Part shown: in pieces, positions 26,575-40,031 of the stretch
Layout: every line of letters starts with the position of its first letter
Position numbering within the stretch: the stretch's first letter is position 1
Origin: Octopus sinensis
Taxonomy: Eukaryota
Assembly (NCBI RefSeq): GCF_006345805.1
Contig: NC_043004.1
Location: forward strand, 34,472,001-34,536,000
Reading direction: 5' to 3'
Length of the DNA: 64,000 nucleotides
The notes under the pieces: model-generated
Databases searched by the model: none
Seen by the model: only the letters and a program-made list of their open reading frames with translations
Told to the model about the DNA's origin: nothing
Made by a program: the position numbers and the translations under genes

Positions 26575-26874
26575 CCGAACTTGGCAGTTGCCAGCACCGC
26601 CTGACTGGTGTCCATGTTGGTGACACATAAAAGCACCAACCAATTGTGGCCGTTGCTAGCCTCATCTGGCCCCTGTGCTAGTGGCACATAAAAAGCACCC
26701 ACTACACTCATGGAGTGGTTGGCATTAGGAAGGGCATCCAGCCGTAGAAACTCTGCCAAACCAGACTGGAGCCTGGTGCAGCCTCCTGGCTTCACAGACC
26801 CCTGTCGAACCATCCAACCCATGCCAGCATGGAAAACGGACGTTAAACGATGATGATGATGATGATGATGATGA
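26575..26874 (+). mobile_element. RTE 3'UTR fragment with (GAT)n tail
   Basis: Matches 35900-36183. Confidence 0.85.
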
Positions 26875-27061
26875 AATGTTTTATCTTTTCACTCTGTTCT
26901 ATTACAATTATTGTGGCCACTGCTTCACAGAGCTAATGAAGTTTGTTCTACCTCCCCTCACACCCCTCAGGCCTTATACTAATCACTACGCCTACTTCTT
27001 CCTTTCAGAACATCATGTCATCTCCACAGTACTTTTTCCATCCATCGAAGTCGAAATCAAA

Positions 27062-27514
27062 CTCGGTGACTGGCATCCGTTGCTAGTGGAGCGCTAAGAG
27101 TACCATATGAGTGAGATCATTGCCAGAGCAACAAACTGGCCTTTGTGCTGATGCACGTTAAACACACCATTCGAGCGTGATCATTACCATGTCACCTTAC
27201 TAGCACTTGTGCTGGTGGCACGTGAAACATTCGAGCGAGGTCGTTGCCAGTGCCACTGGACTGGCTCCTGTGCAGGTGGCACATAGAAAGCACCATTTGG
27301 ACGTGGCCGTTGCCAGTACCACCAAACTGGTCCTCATGCCGGTGGCATGTAAAAGCACCCTCTACACTCTCGGAGTGGTTGGCGTTAGGAATGGCATCCA
27401 GCTGGAGAAACTCTGCCAGACCAGACTGGAATCTGGTTTGCCAGACCTCAGTCAAATCGTCCAACCCATGCTAGCATGGAAAGCAGACATTAAATGATGA
27501 TGATGATGATGATG
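27062..27514 (+). mobile_element. RTE 3'UTR fragment (second subfamily) with (GAT)n tail
   Basis: Matches 5310-5585 and the shared terminal motif CAACCCATGCTAGCATGGAAA. Confidence 0.85.
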
Positions 27515-28292
27515 TTTTTCTCACATCAACCAATTTGTAGCTGTTGAAGCAGGACATTAAACCCTATTTGTTTCACTGATCTCGAGACATTGACCCTGTT
27601 CGTCTCACTGGCCTCAAAGCACATATGATAGTTCTGGACACTGCCACTTCCTCCAGCCAAACCATTTTCCAAGATAAAGGAAAAAAAAAATGTCTGCTAT
27701 TTTCTGAAACAGAAAGGATGAAATACAAACTGTGGTAAGATATAATTTCAAAAGGTAGAATAATGTAACTAAATGCCACAAGTCATTTAGTGTGACACTA
27801 CTTACACCTGACTTATTGTCTTTTACACTGAGAGTAATAGAGACTGTTTAACACACACAGAATCAGTCATTGGTCTCTGGGTAGTTTCTGCAATAAATAA
27901 TTAAATATTTTCAGAGCTTCTAAAAGTCTTACAATGGCTGCAGGCTGTGTCTGGTTTTATGACATAAAGCAGATGCAAGATAAATCGCTTCCTTTTCACA
28001 GGCAAATTCAAGCAAGGAGAATAGTTATTGTTTTTCTTTTATTTTTTTATCCAGGAACATAAACTCAATGACTGTGGTAAGCTTTGATCTCATAACCGTT
28101 TGTTTTAATAACAGCTGGCTTAATAGAAGAGACAATGGTGCACAGTATTTTTCCTGATCAAACTAAACTGATGCTAAATAAAATTAATCATAGCAATGGA
28201 AATATAAACTAAAAAAAAAAATAGCAGTTTCTTTCTTATATGCAGTTAGGAGTATGTTTGTGTAGAGAAAAATTGAACAGGAGTTAATATTG

Positions 28293-28327
<35 letters not shown>

Positions 28328-28354
28328 TATATATATATGTATGTATATATATAT

Positions 28355-28403
<49 letters not shown>

Positions 28404-28562
28404 TTAAAGGACAAAAACCACTAGGTGGTCAGCCATATGCTAGAAGTAGATCACCTACGATCAAACTACAAAGAAAAGAATGTTCTCTAGAGGAAAATTC
28501 AGCGGACACCAGAACAATATGCGGGCAAGACAGATGAAAATTATATAAAAAACCAGAATTAC

Positions 28563-28638
28563 TCACAGACCGGCAGTTTCACCTATTAACAAATGAATCA
28601 CTTATGTAATCCAATTGTCCGTAGGCTCGTCAGTGTGA
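28563..28638 (-). ncRNA. Type I hammerhead ribozyme, canonical core, extended stem II
   Basis: UCACA-CUGACGA-GCCUA[long hairpin]UAGGU-GAAA-C(UGCCG)G-UC/UGUGA; lies in a ~250-bp unit (~28405-28650) between (TA)n tracts. Confidence 0.8.
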
Positions 28639-29209
28639 TCGTTCCACAGGTATATATATATATGTATGTATGTATGCATGTATATATAACTATATCATCC
28701 TGATCATTATTTTAATGTTTGCTTTTCCATGCTGGCATAGTGAGAAGAGAGGATACTGTGGCAGAGTTTTCTGCTATCAACTTTTACTTTTTCTTAAAGA
28801 ATGTGATAGTTCCCTCGTGCCTGACACATCTCTCATTGAAGATTGGAAACTTGGTTGATTGGACCATTGATAGTACTACCTCTCTATTCAGACAGTCTAC
28901 TTTCCCTGCTGCTACAAACCACCTTCTTCTGATGAGGTGAGTTGCATGTAACCTTTTGTGCTGCAGACAGTATGCACACATCTGCATCAAATATGCAACT
29001 CTATAAGAAACAGGTGTAAAGTACAACCTACTCACTTTTTTCCCATCAATGACATGTTTTCATCAGCAACACTATTGATTTTACTTCCCTATCTAAGTCA
29101 CATCAACACTATGAACTTCTTTTCTACCTCATTCTGGAGTACGTCCATCTATATCTCAATCATTAATAACTTTTCACATTCCAAGCTTTCCTGGTTACCT
29201 ACTACATAT

Positions 29210-30185
29210 ATCTATTATGTAAAATCTGCTCTGTCTGTCTGTGCGTGTGTCTTTTAGGATCTCGAGCATCCTCCATCCGATTGCGCTCAAATTTGATATG
29301 TAGATACCGACAGTATCAGGGTGTGTATAAGTCTTGAAAAAATTACAAAAATCAATTCCAGGTGAGAATGCGATCAATAAAGCCGTTTTTGTCCTGCTTT
29401 TCTTCCGTCAACCTGTACATAACTGCACCTTCCATTTTTTGTTGTTTATGTACTTCTTAAAGGCACGTCACTTTCCTGCCAAGCTTACTGTTTAAACCAT
29501 GCTTGTGTTCTTCCAGTCAACAGCCTTATCATTACTTGTACTTTAAACTCTTCAGTTGCATGTTTGTGTGAATAAAATCGTTTTTCTTTGGAATAGAAAA
29601 AAAGTCTATCTTTATTTCTTCTTTTGCTGGTGTCTCAAATTTAGGTTAAATCAGTGTTTCTAAAAGGGGAAACCTATGGGATGGTCGGACAAGTTTTTTT
29701 GAGAAAATTTGGTTTAAACCAATAGGCGCAGGAGTGGCTGTGTGGTAAGTAGCTTGCTAACCAGCCACATGGTTCCGGGTTCAGTCCCACTGCGTGGCAT
29801 CTTGGGCAAGTGTCTTCTGCTATAGCCCCGGGCCAACCAATGCCTTGTGAGTGGATTTGGTAGACGGAAACTGAAAGAAGCTTATCGTATATATGTATAT
29901 ATATGTATGGGTGTCTGTGTATATGTTTGTGTTTGTCCCCCTAGCATTGCTTGAAAACCAATGCTGGTGTGTTTACGTCCCCGTCACTTAGCGGTTCGGC
30001 AAAAGAGACCGATAGAATAAGTACTGGGCTTACAAAGAATAAGTCCCGGGGTCGATTTGCTCGACTAAAGGCGGTGCTCCAGCATGGCCGCAGTCAAATG
30101 ACTGAAACAAGTAAAAGAGTAAAGAGTAAAGAGTAAACGTTTGACAACTCAGCACTGTCTATTGGACGGGGGGCGTTTTACTCGT
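29210..30185 (+). mobile_element. Probable non-autonomous Helitron interrupted by a SINE
   Basis: 5' TC after A (TCTATTATGTAAAA..TCTGTCTGTCTG..ATCCGATTGCGCTCAAATTTG); 3' GC-rich patch then CTCG|T; no TSD. Confidence 0.45.
29725..30136 (+). mobile_element. SINE family A, young full-length copy
   Basis: CpGs retained; highly similar to 39635-40031; (AAAGAGT)n tail. Confidence 0.92.
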
Positions 30186-30754
30186 ATATATATATATATA
30201 TATATATGTAGTCAGCCTATTTGAGTAAATTTCTCCTGACAAGACATTGGCGGAAAACAACTGTTTTCTTAAACTCTCACTAGACATTATTTGTGTGTTT
30301 TTCATTTCTGGTGTTCGGAAAAGTATTTAATGAAACATTAATATTCTGTTGATTTGTCAAAATACTCAGCTTAATTTATATATATTTTTTTGTTATTTTT
30401 ATGTTTATTAATCTGCATTATTTAATCTTTACATAAATTTTCTAATTTATGTCCACAGTAGCATTCATGCTAATGATACCTCTAAATTACAGCAAAAACA
30501 ATTACTATATTGCTAATTGAGTCTGAAAGTCGAATTATATTCTGTCTATCAACAGCTTCAATTAGCAACTGAAGCTTGGTCTGTAGCCATATGCTATTAA
30601 ACTTGTTATATTTTTTTTTTGTTTCTATTATAGATATAAAAATATTTTGCTCACAAGATCTGAAATTATCTTTTCTACATAGAAATTACTGTGCCTATCT
30701 ATGTCTGAACCATTTTGAAATTTTCACATTCCAGACTTTTCTTGATTTCTTGCT

Positions 30755-30770
30755 GTATGTATGTATGAAC

Positions 30771-30801
<31 letters not shown>

Positions 30802-30957
30802 TGTATGTATGTATGTGTGTGTATGTATGTATGTATGTATGTATGTTTTATGTATGTATGTATGTATGTATGTATGTATGTATGTATGTATGTGTTTGCA
30901 TGTATGGGTGTGTGTGTGTGTATGTATGGATGGATGGATGAATGAATGTATGTATGT
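30755..30957. repeat. (TATG)n microsatellite
   Basis: Direct reading. Confidence 0.95.
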
Positions 30958-31177
30958 CATTATTCAGTTTATTTCAAGATTTCTTGTCAATAGAGAAAGA
31001 ATCGGTTTCTAACCTAGATCCACAGCTTCTTCATTAGAATTTCAACATCAACAACAGGGTGTGTGTATATATCTATGTATGTATGTGTGTATGTATGTAT
31101 GTATGTATGTATGTATGCATGCATGCATGCATGCATGTATGTATGTATGTATGTATGTATGTACACACACACAAACT

Positions 31178-31670
31178 GAGTTAAACACCTTCCATCCTAC
31201 AGTTATTTTTTTTGAGATTCCAGCTTCCATATGTCGGTGCAATAAAGGATGTTCTCAGAGCAAAACTTGACAAAACCAATTTTGCCAAGCTCTTCTATAG
31301 CACCATTCTACTTGTGTTCTTATATGCAAGTGAGACAAGGGCCACTATGTAGAGGGCAGAACATCAATTGGCTGTAATGGAAAGGGCCAAGGAAAGATCC
31401 ATGCTAGGAATATCTATATGAGAACATTCGAAATTTGATAATTCAAGAACAAATTGAAGTGAACGACGTGATTCCACTGGGGAGGCCATGTTTCAAGGCT
31501 CACAAATAGCATGTGGACCCATGCATTCCTGAAGGTATCCAAGAGGTCAAGAAAGACCACTTTGAAGGCCTCTACAATGATGGAAAAACGATTTAGTAAA
31601 GTGATTGGGTTAAGTCGGAATAGAATGATGCAATCAAGACAGAATTAGAAATGCATTGTGACCAGTGGTG
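31178..31670. mobile_element. Decayed RTE-clade fragment with inverted 5' segment
   Basis: Minus-strand EAGISKKITVGWKVFN (~31180-31230); plus-strand YASET..LAVMERA.ERSMLGIS and WGGHVSR remnants from ~31320. Confidence 0.55.
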
Positions 31671-31681
31671 TGTACATTTAT

Positions 31682-31822
31682 AGTGAGAATTTACAAAAAA
31701 ACAAAAGACGAAGATGGGTGTATAAACAACAAACAGATGTATTAGTTTAACGCTCAGGAAGTGAGAAAGTCTTTTACATTTCGAGCCTATGCTCTTTGAC
31801 AGAAATGAACACAGAAATAAAC
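31682..31822 (-). mobile_element. Degenerate copy of the 23053 HHR-like repeat
   Basis: ACAAACAGATGTATTAGT..AAAGTCTTTTACATTTCGAGCCTATGCTCTTTGACAGAAA. Confidence 0.7.
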
Positions 31823-32811
31823 ATAATTTGTTTGTGAGAAACTGACTCAGTTACCATTTGGATGAAGTGATTTTTTCAGGTTTCTAGCCTAATGGTGACA
31901 TCCAACTTATTAACAGGATGTTGCTCACCAACTTCTGGGTTAGAGCTATGCTGACTCATCTCTTTTTCTCTCTACTGTGTCTACACTCACTTGTGCTTAT
32001 CAGAGATGTTCTGAATTCATATCTTACAATGGTTAACTTGCTCCTCATTCTGTCAGAGTTTATAAAATAAAGCACCCATGAAGGACTGGAATTAATGCCA
32101 TTGTCTTTAGTGTTCTTTAAGTATAAGATAAAAAAAAACTGCTTACTAGATTTATATTCTCAACCATTTTCCCCTTATTCACACACATTATTCTCTATTC
32201 ACAACCTTTTATTTTCCTAATATATTTTTAAACACCTGCAAATTATTCAATTTTGACATTTCTTAATGTTACAGAAAGAAAAAAAAACAGAAAAGAAAAC
32301 ATCAATAAATTAACCACCACCAACACCACCACCGCCAGTAGAAAATATCAAGCACAAACCAATCATAAGAACGTTAGCACCAACTGAAATATATACTGTA
32401 CTCTACCAAACCTACCTTTCACATCCACTTTTGGTAAAAGTCTGACCAAGTTTCACTCCCACCACAACCACCAATGCCAACACACATCAATGGCACAGAC
32501 AGGAATATATACATGAGCTAAAGAAACTATGTCCAGTGGGACACAGTTTAAAAAAGAAAAGAGAAATTAGATTCAACACCTTTGAAATAACATAGAAGTG
32601 ACAACACAATGGCCACAGTTATGTCTAATGTTTTGTACAATATCTGTAGATGCATCGCAATAAGTAGAAATGCACCAGACAAGCACGTGCCAAGGGGGAG
32701 CAGAAAGTCAAAAAAATATAGAAATATATTTACTACAAAACTGAAATACACACACACACACGCATGCATGCACTCTTGTGTACATACACATGCACACATA
32801 TCTCTCTTTCT

Positions 32812-33025
32812 CTCTTTTACTTGTTTCAGTCATTTGATTGCGGTTATGCTGGAGCACTGCCTTTAGTCAACCAAATCGACCCCAAAACTTATTCTTTGGA
32901 AGCCTAGTACTTATTCTATCAGTCTCTTTTGCCAAACCACTAAGTTACGGGGACATAAACACACCACCATCAGTTGTCAAGCGATGTTGGGGGGACAAAC
33001 ACAGACACACACAAACATATACATG

Positions 33026-33072
<47 letters not shown>

Positions 33073-33505
33073 TCTTTTAATTGTTTCAGTCATTTGATTG
33101 CGGTTATGCTGGAGCACTGCTTTAGTTGACCAAATCGACCCCAAGACTTATTCTTTGGAAGCCTAATACATATACTATCGGTCTCTTTTGCCAAACCGCT
33201 AAGTTACGGGGATGTAAACACACCACCATCGGTTGTCAAGAGATGCTGTGGGGGGACAAACACAGACACACAAACATATACACACCCATACATACATATA
33301 TATATATATTATATATATTATATATATATATACATATATACGACGGGCTTCTTTCAGTTTCCATCTACCAAATCCACTCACAAGGCTTTGATTGGCCTGA
33401 GGCTATAGTAGAAGACACTTGCACAAGGTGCTATGCAGTGGGAATGAACCCAGAACCTTGTGGTTGGTAAGCAAGCTACTTACCACACAGCTACTCCTGC
33501 ACCTA
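32812..33505 (-). mobile_element. SINE family A with tandemly duplicated 3' half
   Basis: 32812-33025 repeats 33072-33290, separated by (TA)n; single head at ~33340-33505. Confidence 0.85.
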
Positions 33506-33821
33506 TAAATATGCAATTAAAAACAAAACAATAGACACAAACATAGTTAAGTGATGAAATGTCTGTTTCTTAACCAGATGACTATGGAGTTAGATCCTGC
33601 TGCATGTGATTTTGGCTACGTGTCTTCTGCTGTTGTCTCAGGTTTACCAAAACCTTTGCAAATGGAATTTGGTAGGAAAAAATATTCCTCATCGTGTTCA
33701 CATATTGTTGTTTGTTTCATGTCTGTTTTCCATGCTAACATGCGTTGAATGAATGCAAATTATTAATGGCAATGTTTTAATGATGGATACTCTTGCTGTC
33801 ACTAACATTAACTATATTCTT

Positions 33822-34025
33822 TATTCTTTTACTTGTTTCAGTCATTTGACAGCAGCCATGCCAGAGCACCACTTTTAGCTGAACAAATTGACCACAGGAC
33901 CTATTCTTTGTAAGCCTAGTGCTTATTCTATCAGTCTCTTTTGCTGGACTGCTAAGTTACAGTGACATAAACACAGTAGCATCAGTCATGAAGCAATGTT
34001 GGTGGGACAAATACAAACATACACA
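33822..34025 (-). mobile_element. SINE family A, 3' half
   Basis: Similarity to 20995-21210. Confidence 0.75.
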
Positions 34026-34056
34026 TATATATATATGTATATATATGTATTTATAG

Positions 34057-34101
<45 letters not shown>

Positions 34102-34121
34102 ATATATAATATATATATATA

Positions 34122-36181
34122 TGGCTGGCTTCGTTGACATGGAGAAAGCTTTTGATAGGGTCCCCCGATCCCTTATCTGGTGGTCAATGAGGAAACTAGG
34201 GATAGATGAATGGCTGGTGAGGACTGTGCAAGCCATGTACGAGATGCCGTAAGTAAGGTTAGGGTTGGCAACATGTACACAGAAGAATTCAAAGTAGAGG
34301 TTGGGGTCCACCAGGGTTCAGTACTCAGCCCCCTCCTATTTATCATAGTACTCCAGGCAATTACGGAGGAATTCAAGACAGGCTGTCCCTGGGAGCTCCT
34401 CTACGCTGACGACCTTGCTCTTATTGCTGAGTCACTATCAGAACTGGAGGAGAAGTTCCAGGTGTGGAAGGAGGTTTAAAATCAAGGGGCCTTAGAGTCA
34501 ACCTAGCTAAAACCAAAGTACTAATAAGTAGAAAGGTAGACAATCCACAAATATCTTCAGGAAGATGGCCCTGCTCGATCTGTAGAAAAGGTGTAGGTAG
34601 AAACTCTATAAGATGTACCCAGTGTAAGCTATGGACACAGAAGAGTGCAGCAATGTCAAAGGTAGGCTAACTGGGAAGATAGTTTTTGTATGTGGCAGAT
34701 GCTCGGGAGCATTAACCTCCGAAAATCTGCAGAAAACAACTTCCGTCACTTTCCAGGGGGAAAAACTAGAAGTAGTTGATAGCTTCCGTTATCTAGGTGA
34801 CCAAGTCAGTAGTGGGGGTGGGTGTGCTGAAAGTGTAACTGCTAGAATAAAATAGCCTGGGCAAAGTTTAGGGAGCTCTTACCTCTGCTGTGACTAAGGC
34901 CTCTCGCTCAGAGTAAAAGGCAGACTGTATGATGCGTGTGTACGAACAGCCTGCTACATGGCAGCGAAACATGGGCCGTGACTGCTGAGGACATGCGTAA
35001 GCTCGTGAGGAATGAAGCCAGTATGCTCCGATGGATGTGTAATGTCAGTGTACATACTCGCCAGAGCGTTTGCACCTTGAGAGAAATGTTGTACCTAAGA
35101 AGCATCAGTTGTGGTGTGCAAGAGAGACGATTGCGCTGGTATGGTCATGTGGCGAGAATTGAAAGATAGGTGTGTGCGAAAGTGCCCATCCCTAGCAGTT
35201 GAGGGAACCCGTGGGAGAGGTAGACCCAGGAAAACCTGGGACGAGGTGGTGAAGCACGACTTCGAACTTTAGGCCTCACTGAGGAAATGACCAGAGACCG
35301 AGACCTTTGGAAGTATTCTGTGCGTGAGAAGACCAGGCAGGACACAAGTGAGCCCAGCCCACTTATGAATGCCTTCCCTCCCTTGGACACAAAGACCGGG
35401 CTGAGGCAAGCGAAGTCGATATAGAACCTCATCCGACGACAGACACCCAGCCAACCCCCATGCTTGCGAAGACATGTTGGGGCAAGCGAAATCGAAATCG
35501 AAACCGAATTGAACCAGCCAGGATCCCTGGCCTGGTGGTACGTAAAAAGCACTATCCGACTCATGGCCGTGGCACGTAAAATACTCCAATGCGACCGTAC
35601 GACAGGCACCCATGCCAACCTCCTTTGCTTGTGAAGACATGTTGGGGCAAGCGAAATCGAAATCGAATTGAACCAGCCAGGATCCCTGGTCTGGTGGTAC
35701 GTAAAAAGCACTATCCGACTCGTGGCCGTGGCACGTAAAATACTCCATGCGACCGTACGACAGGCACCCTTGCCAACCCCCTTTGCTTGTGAAGACATGT
35801 GGGGCAAGCGAAATCGAAATCGAATTGAACCAGCCAGGATCCTGGTCTGGTGGTACGTAAAAACCTGGTACGTAAAAAGCACTATCCAACTCGTGGCCGA
35901 TGCCAGCACCGCCCGTCTGGCTTCCGTGCCGGTGGCACATAAAATACACCAATCTGACCGTGGCCGTTGCCAGCCCCGCCTGGCACCTGTGCAGGTGGCA
36001 CGTAAAAAGCACCCACTACACTCACGGAGTGGTTGGCGTTAGGAAGGGCATCCAGCTGTAGAACATTGCCAAATTAGACTGGAGCCTGGTGCAGCCTTCT
36101 GGCTTCCCAGAACCCCGGTCGAACCGTCCAACCCATGCTAGCATGGAGAACGGACGTTAAACGACGATGATGATGATGATG

Positions 36182-36183
<2 letters not shown>
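34122..36183 (+). mobile_element. 5'-truncated RTE (BovB-like) LINE, frameshifted RT pseudogene
   Basis: FVDMEKAFDRVP, GVHQGSVLSPLLF, YADD, NLAKTKV, FRYLGD, LHGSETW, RLRWYGHV; tandem-repeat 3'UTR; (GAT)n tail. Confidence 0.95.
35451..35900 (+). repeat. Three ~160-bp tandem units in the RTE 3'UTR
   Basis: CCAACC..GAAGACATG(T)TGGGGCAAGCGAAATCGAAATCGAA at ~35451, ~35615 and ~35773. Confidence 0.9.
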
Positions 36184-36215
<32 letters not shown>

Positions 36216-37096
36216 GTATGTATGTATATAAGTATACAGTCACTCAGAGATTTATTATTGCTTATATATATATATATATATATACATACACACACAATGT
36301 GCTTCTTTCAATTTTTGTCTACCAAATCCACTCATCCGGCTGTGGCTGGCCTGGGGCTATAGCAGAAGACACTTACCTAAGGTGGCATACAGTGGGACTG
36401 AACTCAAGACCACAAGGTTGAATAACCAGCTTCCTAGCAACATAAACATATCATTCCCAGTATGTGTTCACTCGTGTGTGTGTGTTTGTGGACGTTTGTG
36501 TGTGCGTGCATGTGTTTATGTGTGTGTGTGTGTGTATTTGTGTGTGTGTGTGTGTGTATGTATGAGTGTGTGTCAACATTTATAAGTAACATGAAGACAA
36601 GATAAAAAAAGAAACAATGTACTAGGGTTATGGTCAGAAAATGTGGAAGGAAAAGTCTTTTATATTTTGAGCATAAACTCTTTTTCAAGATATACAGGCA
36701 AGGAGAGAAGACAATGGAGAGAGAAAAGAACAAAGGCTTCCTGGCTTGCATGTTGAAACGACTGGAAGAAGAAGGGTTTGCTAGAGGTGCGAGGGAGAGG
36801 GGAGTCTGTAAACCTGGCTTGTGAATGTGTGAGCGAGTGCATGCATGTGCATGTAGGTAATGTGGCAAGTATACCGTGTGTATGCACGCGCATGTGTTTG
36901 TCAATTTTCATCAGTTACAAGCAGCATCATAAACCCCACCCCAAACACTCTGGATCAGAGGCAGAATGTTACAGATAGGTTTGATAACAAATACATAATC
37001 AGCTTTACTCTATCCATTATCAGAGAAGACAACATGGTTTGAAGTTTCACTATTGAAAAATGTGTATCCATCATCTTCAGTATTACTAATATCACT

Positions 37097-37134
<38 letters not shown>

Positions 37135-37824
37135 AATGAAGATGTGCTGGTGATAAGGATGATGATGCTAATGATGGGTATCCATGTTATCATTAATGTT
37201 GTTATCATCATCATCACACATGATGTTAGATACCTTACTTGTCATCTCCACCATCATTATTGATAGTTTTCCTTATCACCATCATCCTAATAGTTATCAT
37301 CATCACCACCCTCTTCCATTATCACCATCGTTATCAACATCAACATCATCATCATCATCATCATCACTATAATCATGACCACCATCTCCCATTATCATCA
37401 ACATTCTGAACAACATCACTAACAACATCTCCAGTAAGAGTACCTGTAGCCAAAACCAGGAATCCCCCCTCCCCCCCCCCTGAAAACTGAAAACTGATAA
37501 AAAAAATCCCAGAATCTGAAAATGTGGTAAGACTTAGAAGAAGGAAAATAAACAGACTTTGTCGGCAGCAGTGAAGCCAAATTTGAAAATATTAATTTGC
37601 TTTTCTCTCTATGTGGCAAATCTCTTAGAATTAACTGCTAACTTCAATGATAAACAGTATCAGACATGAAAGGTTAAGAAACATGAATACATATTTCAGC
37701 AGACACTCTCACCAACATCTCTGAAAATGATTCCATGTGTGGACAGAAGTAAGTTGTTATGTACACACTCATATGTTATATACTCTATATATGTATGTAT
37801 ATACTGTATATACTATCTACTACT

Positions 37825-38000
37825 GTAGCCATGCTGGAGCACCACCTTTAGTGGAACGAATCGACCCCAGGACTTATTCTTTGTAAGCCGAGTACTTATT
37901 CTTTTGGGTTTCTTGTGCTAAAATGCTAAATTTTGAGGGTATAAAAACATCAACATTGGTTGTCAAGCGATGGCGTCGGGGACAAACACAAACAAATACA
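37825..38000 (-). mobile_element. SINE family A fragment
   Basis: GCCATGCTGGAGCACCACCTTTAGT..ACTTATTCTTTGTAAGCC. Confidence 0.75.
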
Positions 38001-38014
38001 TACATGCACACACA

Positions 38015-38420
38015 CATAGCCCCAGCCCATCCAAAGTACCTTGAATTGCAGAATGACCTGCTGTGCTTACCTTGGATCATAAGGTGACCTGCTGTGCTTG
38101 AGGAGACTTATTGAGTCAAGTACATCAACATAAAAATAAATATCAAATGGAAATTGTAGTTGTGATACCTGTACTGGGGGCACGTAAAAAGCACCATCTG
38201 ATCGTGGCCGCTGCCAGCCTCCCCTGGCACCTGTGCCGGTAGCATGTAAAAAGCACCCACTACACTCACGGAGTGGTTGGCATTAGGAAGGGCATCCAGC
38301 TGTAGAAATACTGCCAGATCAGACTGGAGCCTGGTGCAGCCTACTGGCTTCCCAGACCCCGGTCGAACCGTCCAACCCATGCCAGCATGGAAAGCGGACG
38401 TTAAACGATGATGATGATGT
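38015..38420 (+). mobile_element. RTE 3'UTR fragment
   Basis: Highly similar to 19495-20045 with fewer internal tandem units. Confidence 0.85.
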
Positions 38421-38748
38421 GTATATGCATGTGTCTCGGTTTGTGTTTGACCCCACCATTGCTTGACCATCAGTTCAGCTTGTTTAAATACTTGTAACAT
38501 AGTAGTTCAGCAAAAGAGACCATTAGAATAAATATAAGGCTTAAAAAACTTAAATACTGGAGTTGATTTGTTGAACAAAACTCGTTATTATAGTGCTCCA
38601 GCATGGCTGGCATCCAATGACTGAAACAAATAAAATATAAATCATACATTCTTACATATATACATACATGCATATATATATAATATATATATATAATATA
38701 TATATATATGTATATATGTATATATATACATACATATATATATAATAT

Positions 38749-38793
<45 letters not shown>

Positions 38794-39035
38794 ACACACA
38801 TACACACACACAATACACACATGCGTGTATATATGCAGATATATGAACATTTAAGTCTATGTATGTGTCTATCTGTGAGCTTATGTGTATGTGTGTGTGT
38901 GTGTGTGTGTCTGTGTGTGTGTGTGTCTGTGTGCTTATGTCTGTGTGTATTTGAGAACTTTTTGCCTATGAAATTTTAATATGAATGAGATTCCTTAACC
39001 CAATAAAATTTGAGGAAATCCAACAAAGAACTAAA

Positions 39036-39093
<58 letters not shown>

Positions 39094-39634
39094 CGAAATA
39101 TAAAGACAAAAACAAAATAATTTCTGAAAATTCTCAACAAAATCGAATCAAAAAGGCGTATGAACTTCAACCACAAATTGATATTTTCATGTCTGTGATA
39201 AAAATGTTATATTTAACAAAAGTTTGAAGATTGAAAATGGGAACCAGAACGACAGAGTTAAAGTTTTTTTTTTTTGTTTTGTTTTTTTTTTCTGTTGTAA
39301 GATGTTATTATGAAATGATTAAAGTCACATTTTACATTTATATTTTAAAATTCCATCTCACATATTGAACATTATCCATCATTGTGGCTCTTTGTCATCA
39401 TCTCCTCGACTGTAAACAATATTGCACAGGTTCCACTGTGTGTAAATGTGTGGAAAGTGATTTTTTGACAGTCGAAATCTGACCTGAATATCAAACAGGA
39501 TAGAAATCGTTTGTTTAGATTGTATGCAATGAAGGTTTTAGCAATGCAGTTTAGTCCTCTAGCTGTACTGGATCCAGAGGACAACATTGCAAACTTGTTT
39601 TTTTTTTTGTAGTGTTAAGAGAAAAAAAACCAAT

Positions 39635-40031
39635 AGGCGCAGGAGTGGCTGTGTGGTAAGTAGCTTGCTAACCAACCACATGGTTCCGGGTTCAGTCCCA
39701 CTGCGTGGCATCTTGGGCAAGTGTCTTCTGCTATAGACCCCGGACTGACCAATGCCTTGTGAGTGGATTTGGTAGACGGAAACTGAAAGAAGCCCGTCGT
39801 ATATATGTATATATATATATATGTATGTGTGTGTTTGTCCCCCTAGCATTGCTTGACAACCGATGCTGGTGTGTTTACGTCCCCGTCACATAGCGGTTTG
39901 GCAAAAGAGACCGATAGAATAAGTATTAGGCTTCCAAAGAATAAGTCCCGGGGTCGATTTGCTCGACTAAAGGTGGTGCTCCAACATGGCCGCAGTCAAA
40001 TGACTGAAACAAGTAAAAGAGTAAAAAGAGT
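39635..40031 (+). mobile_element. SINE family A, full length
   Basis: Highly similar to 29725-30136. Confidence 0.92.

Noticed and set aside
35145-36042. Long overlapping ORFs (254, 247 and 124 aa)
   Set aside because: Arise from GC-richer tandem repeats of the RTE 3'UTR
39372-39484. Minus-strand exon-like segment after an ATATTCAG acceptor
   Set aside because: Stops in all three frames before a credible donor; no recognisable protein
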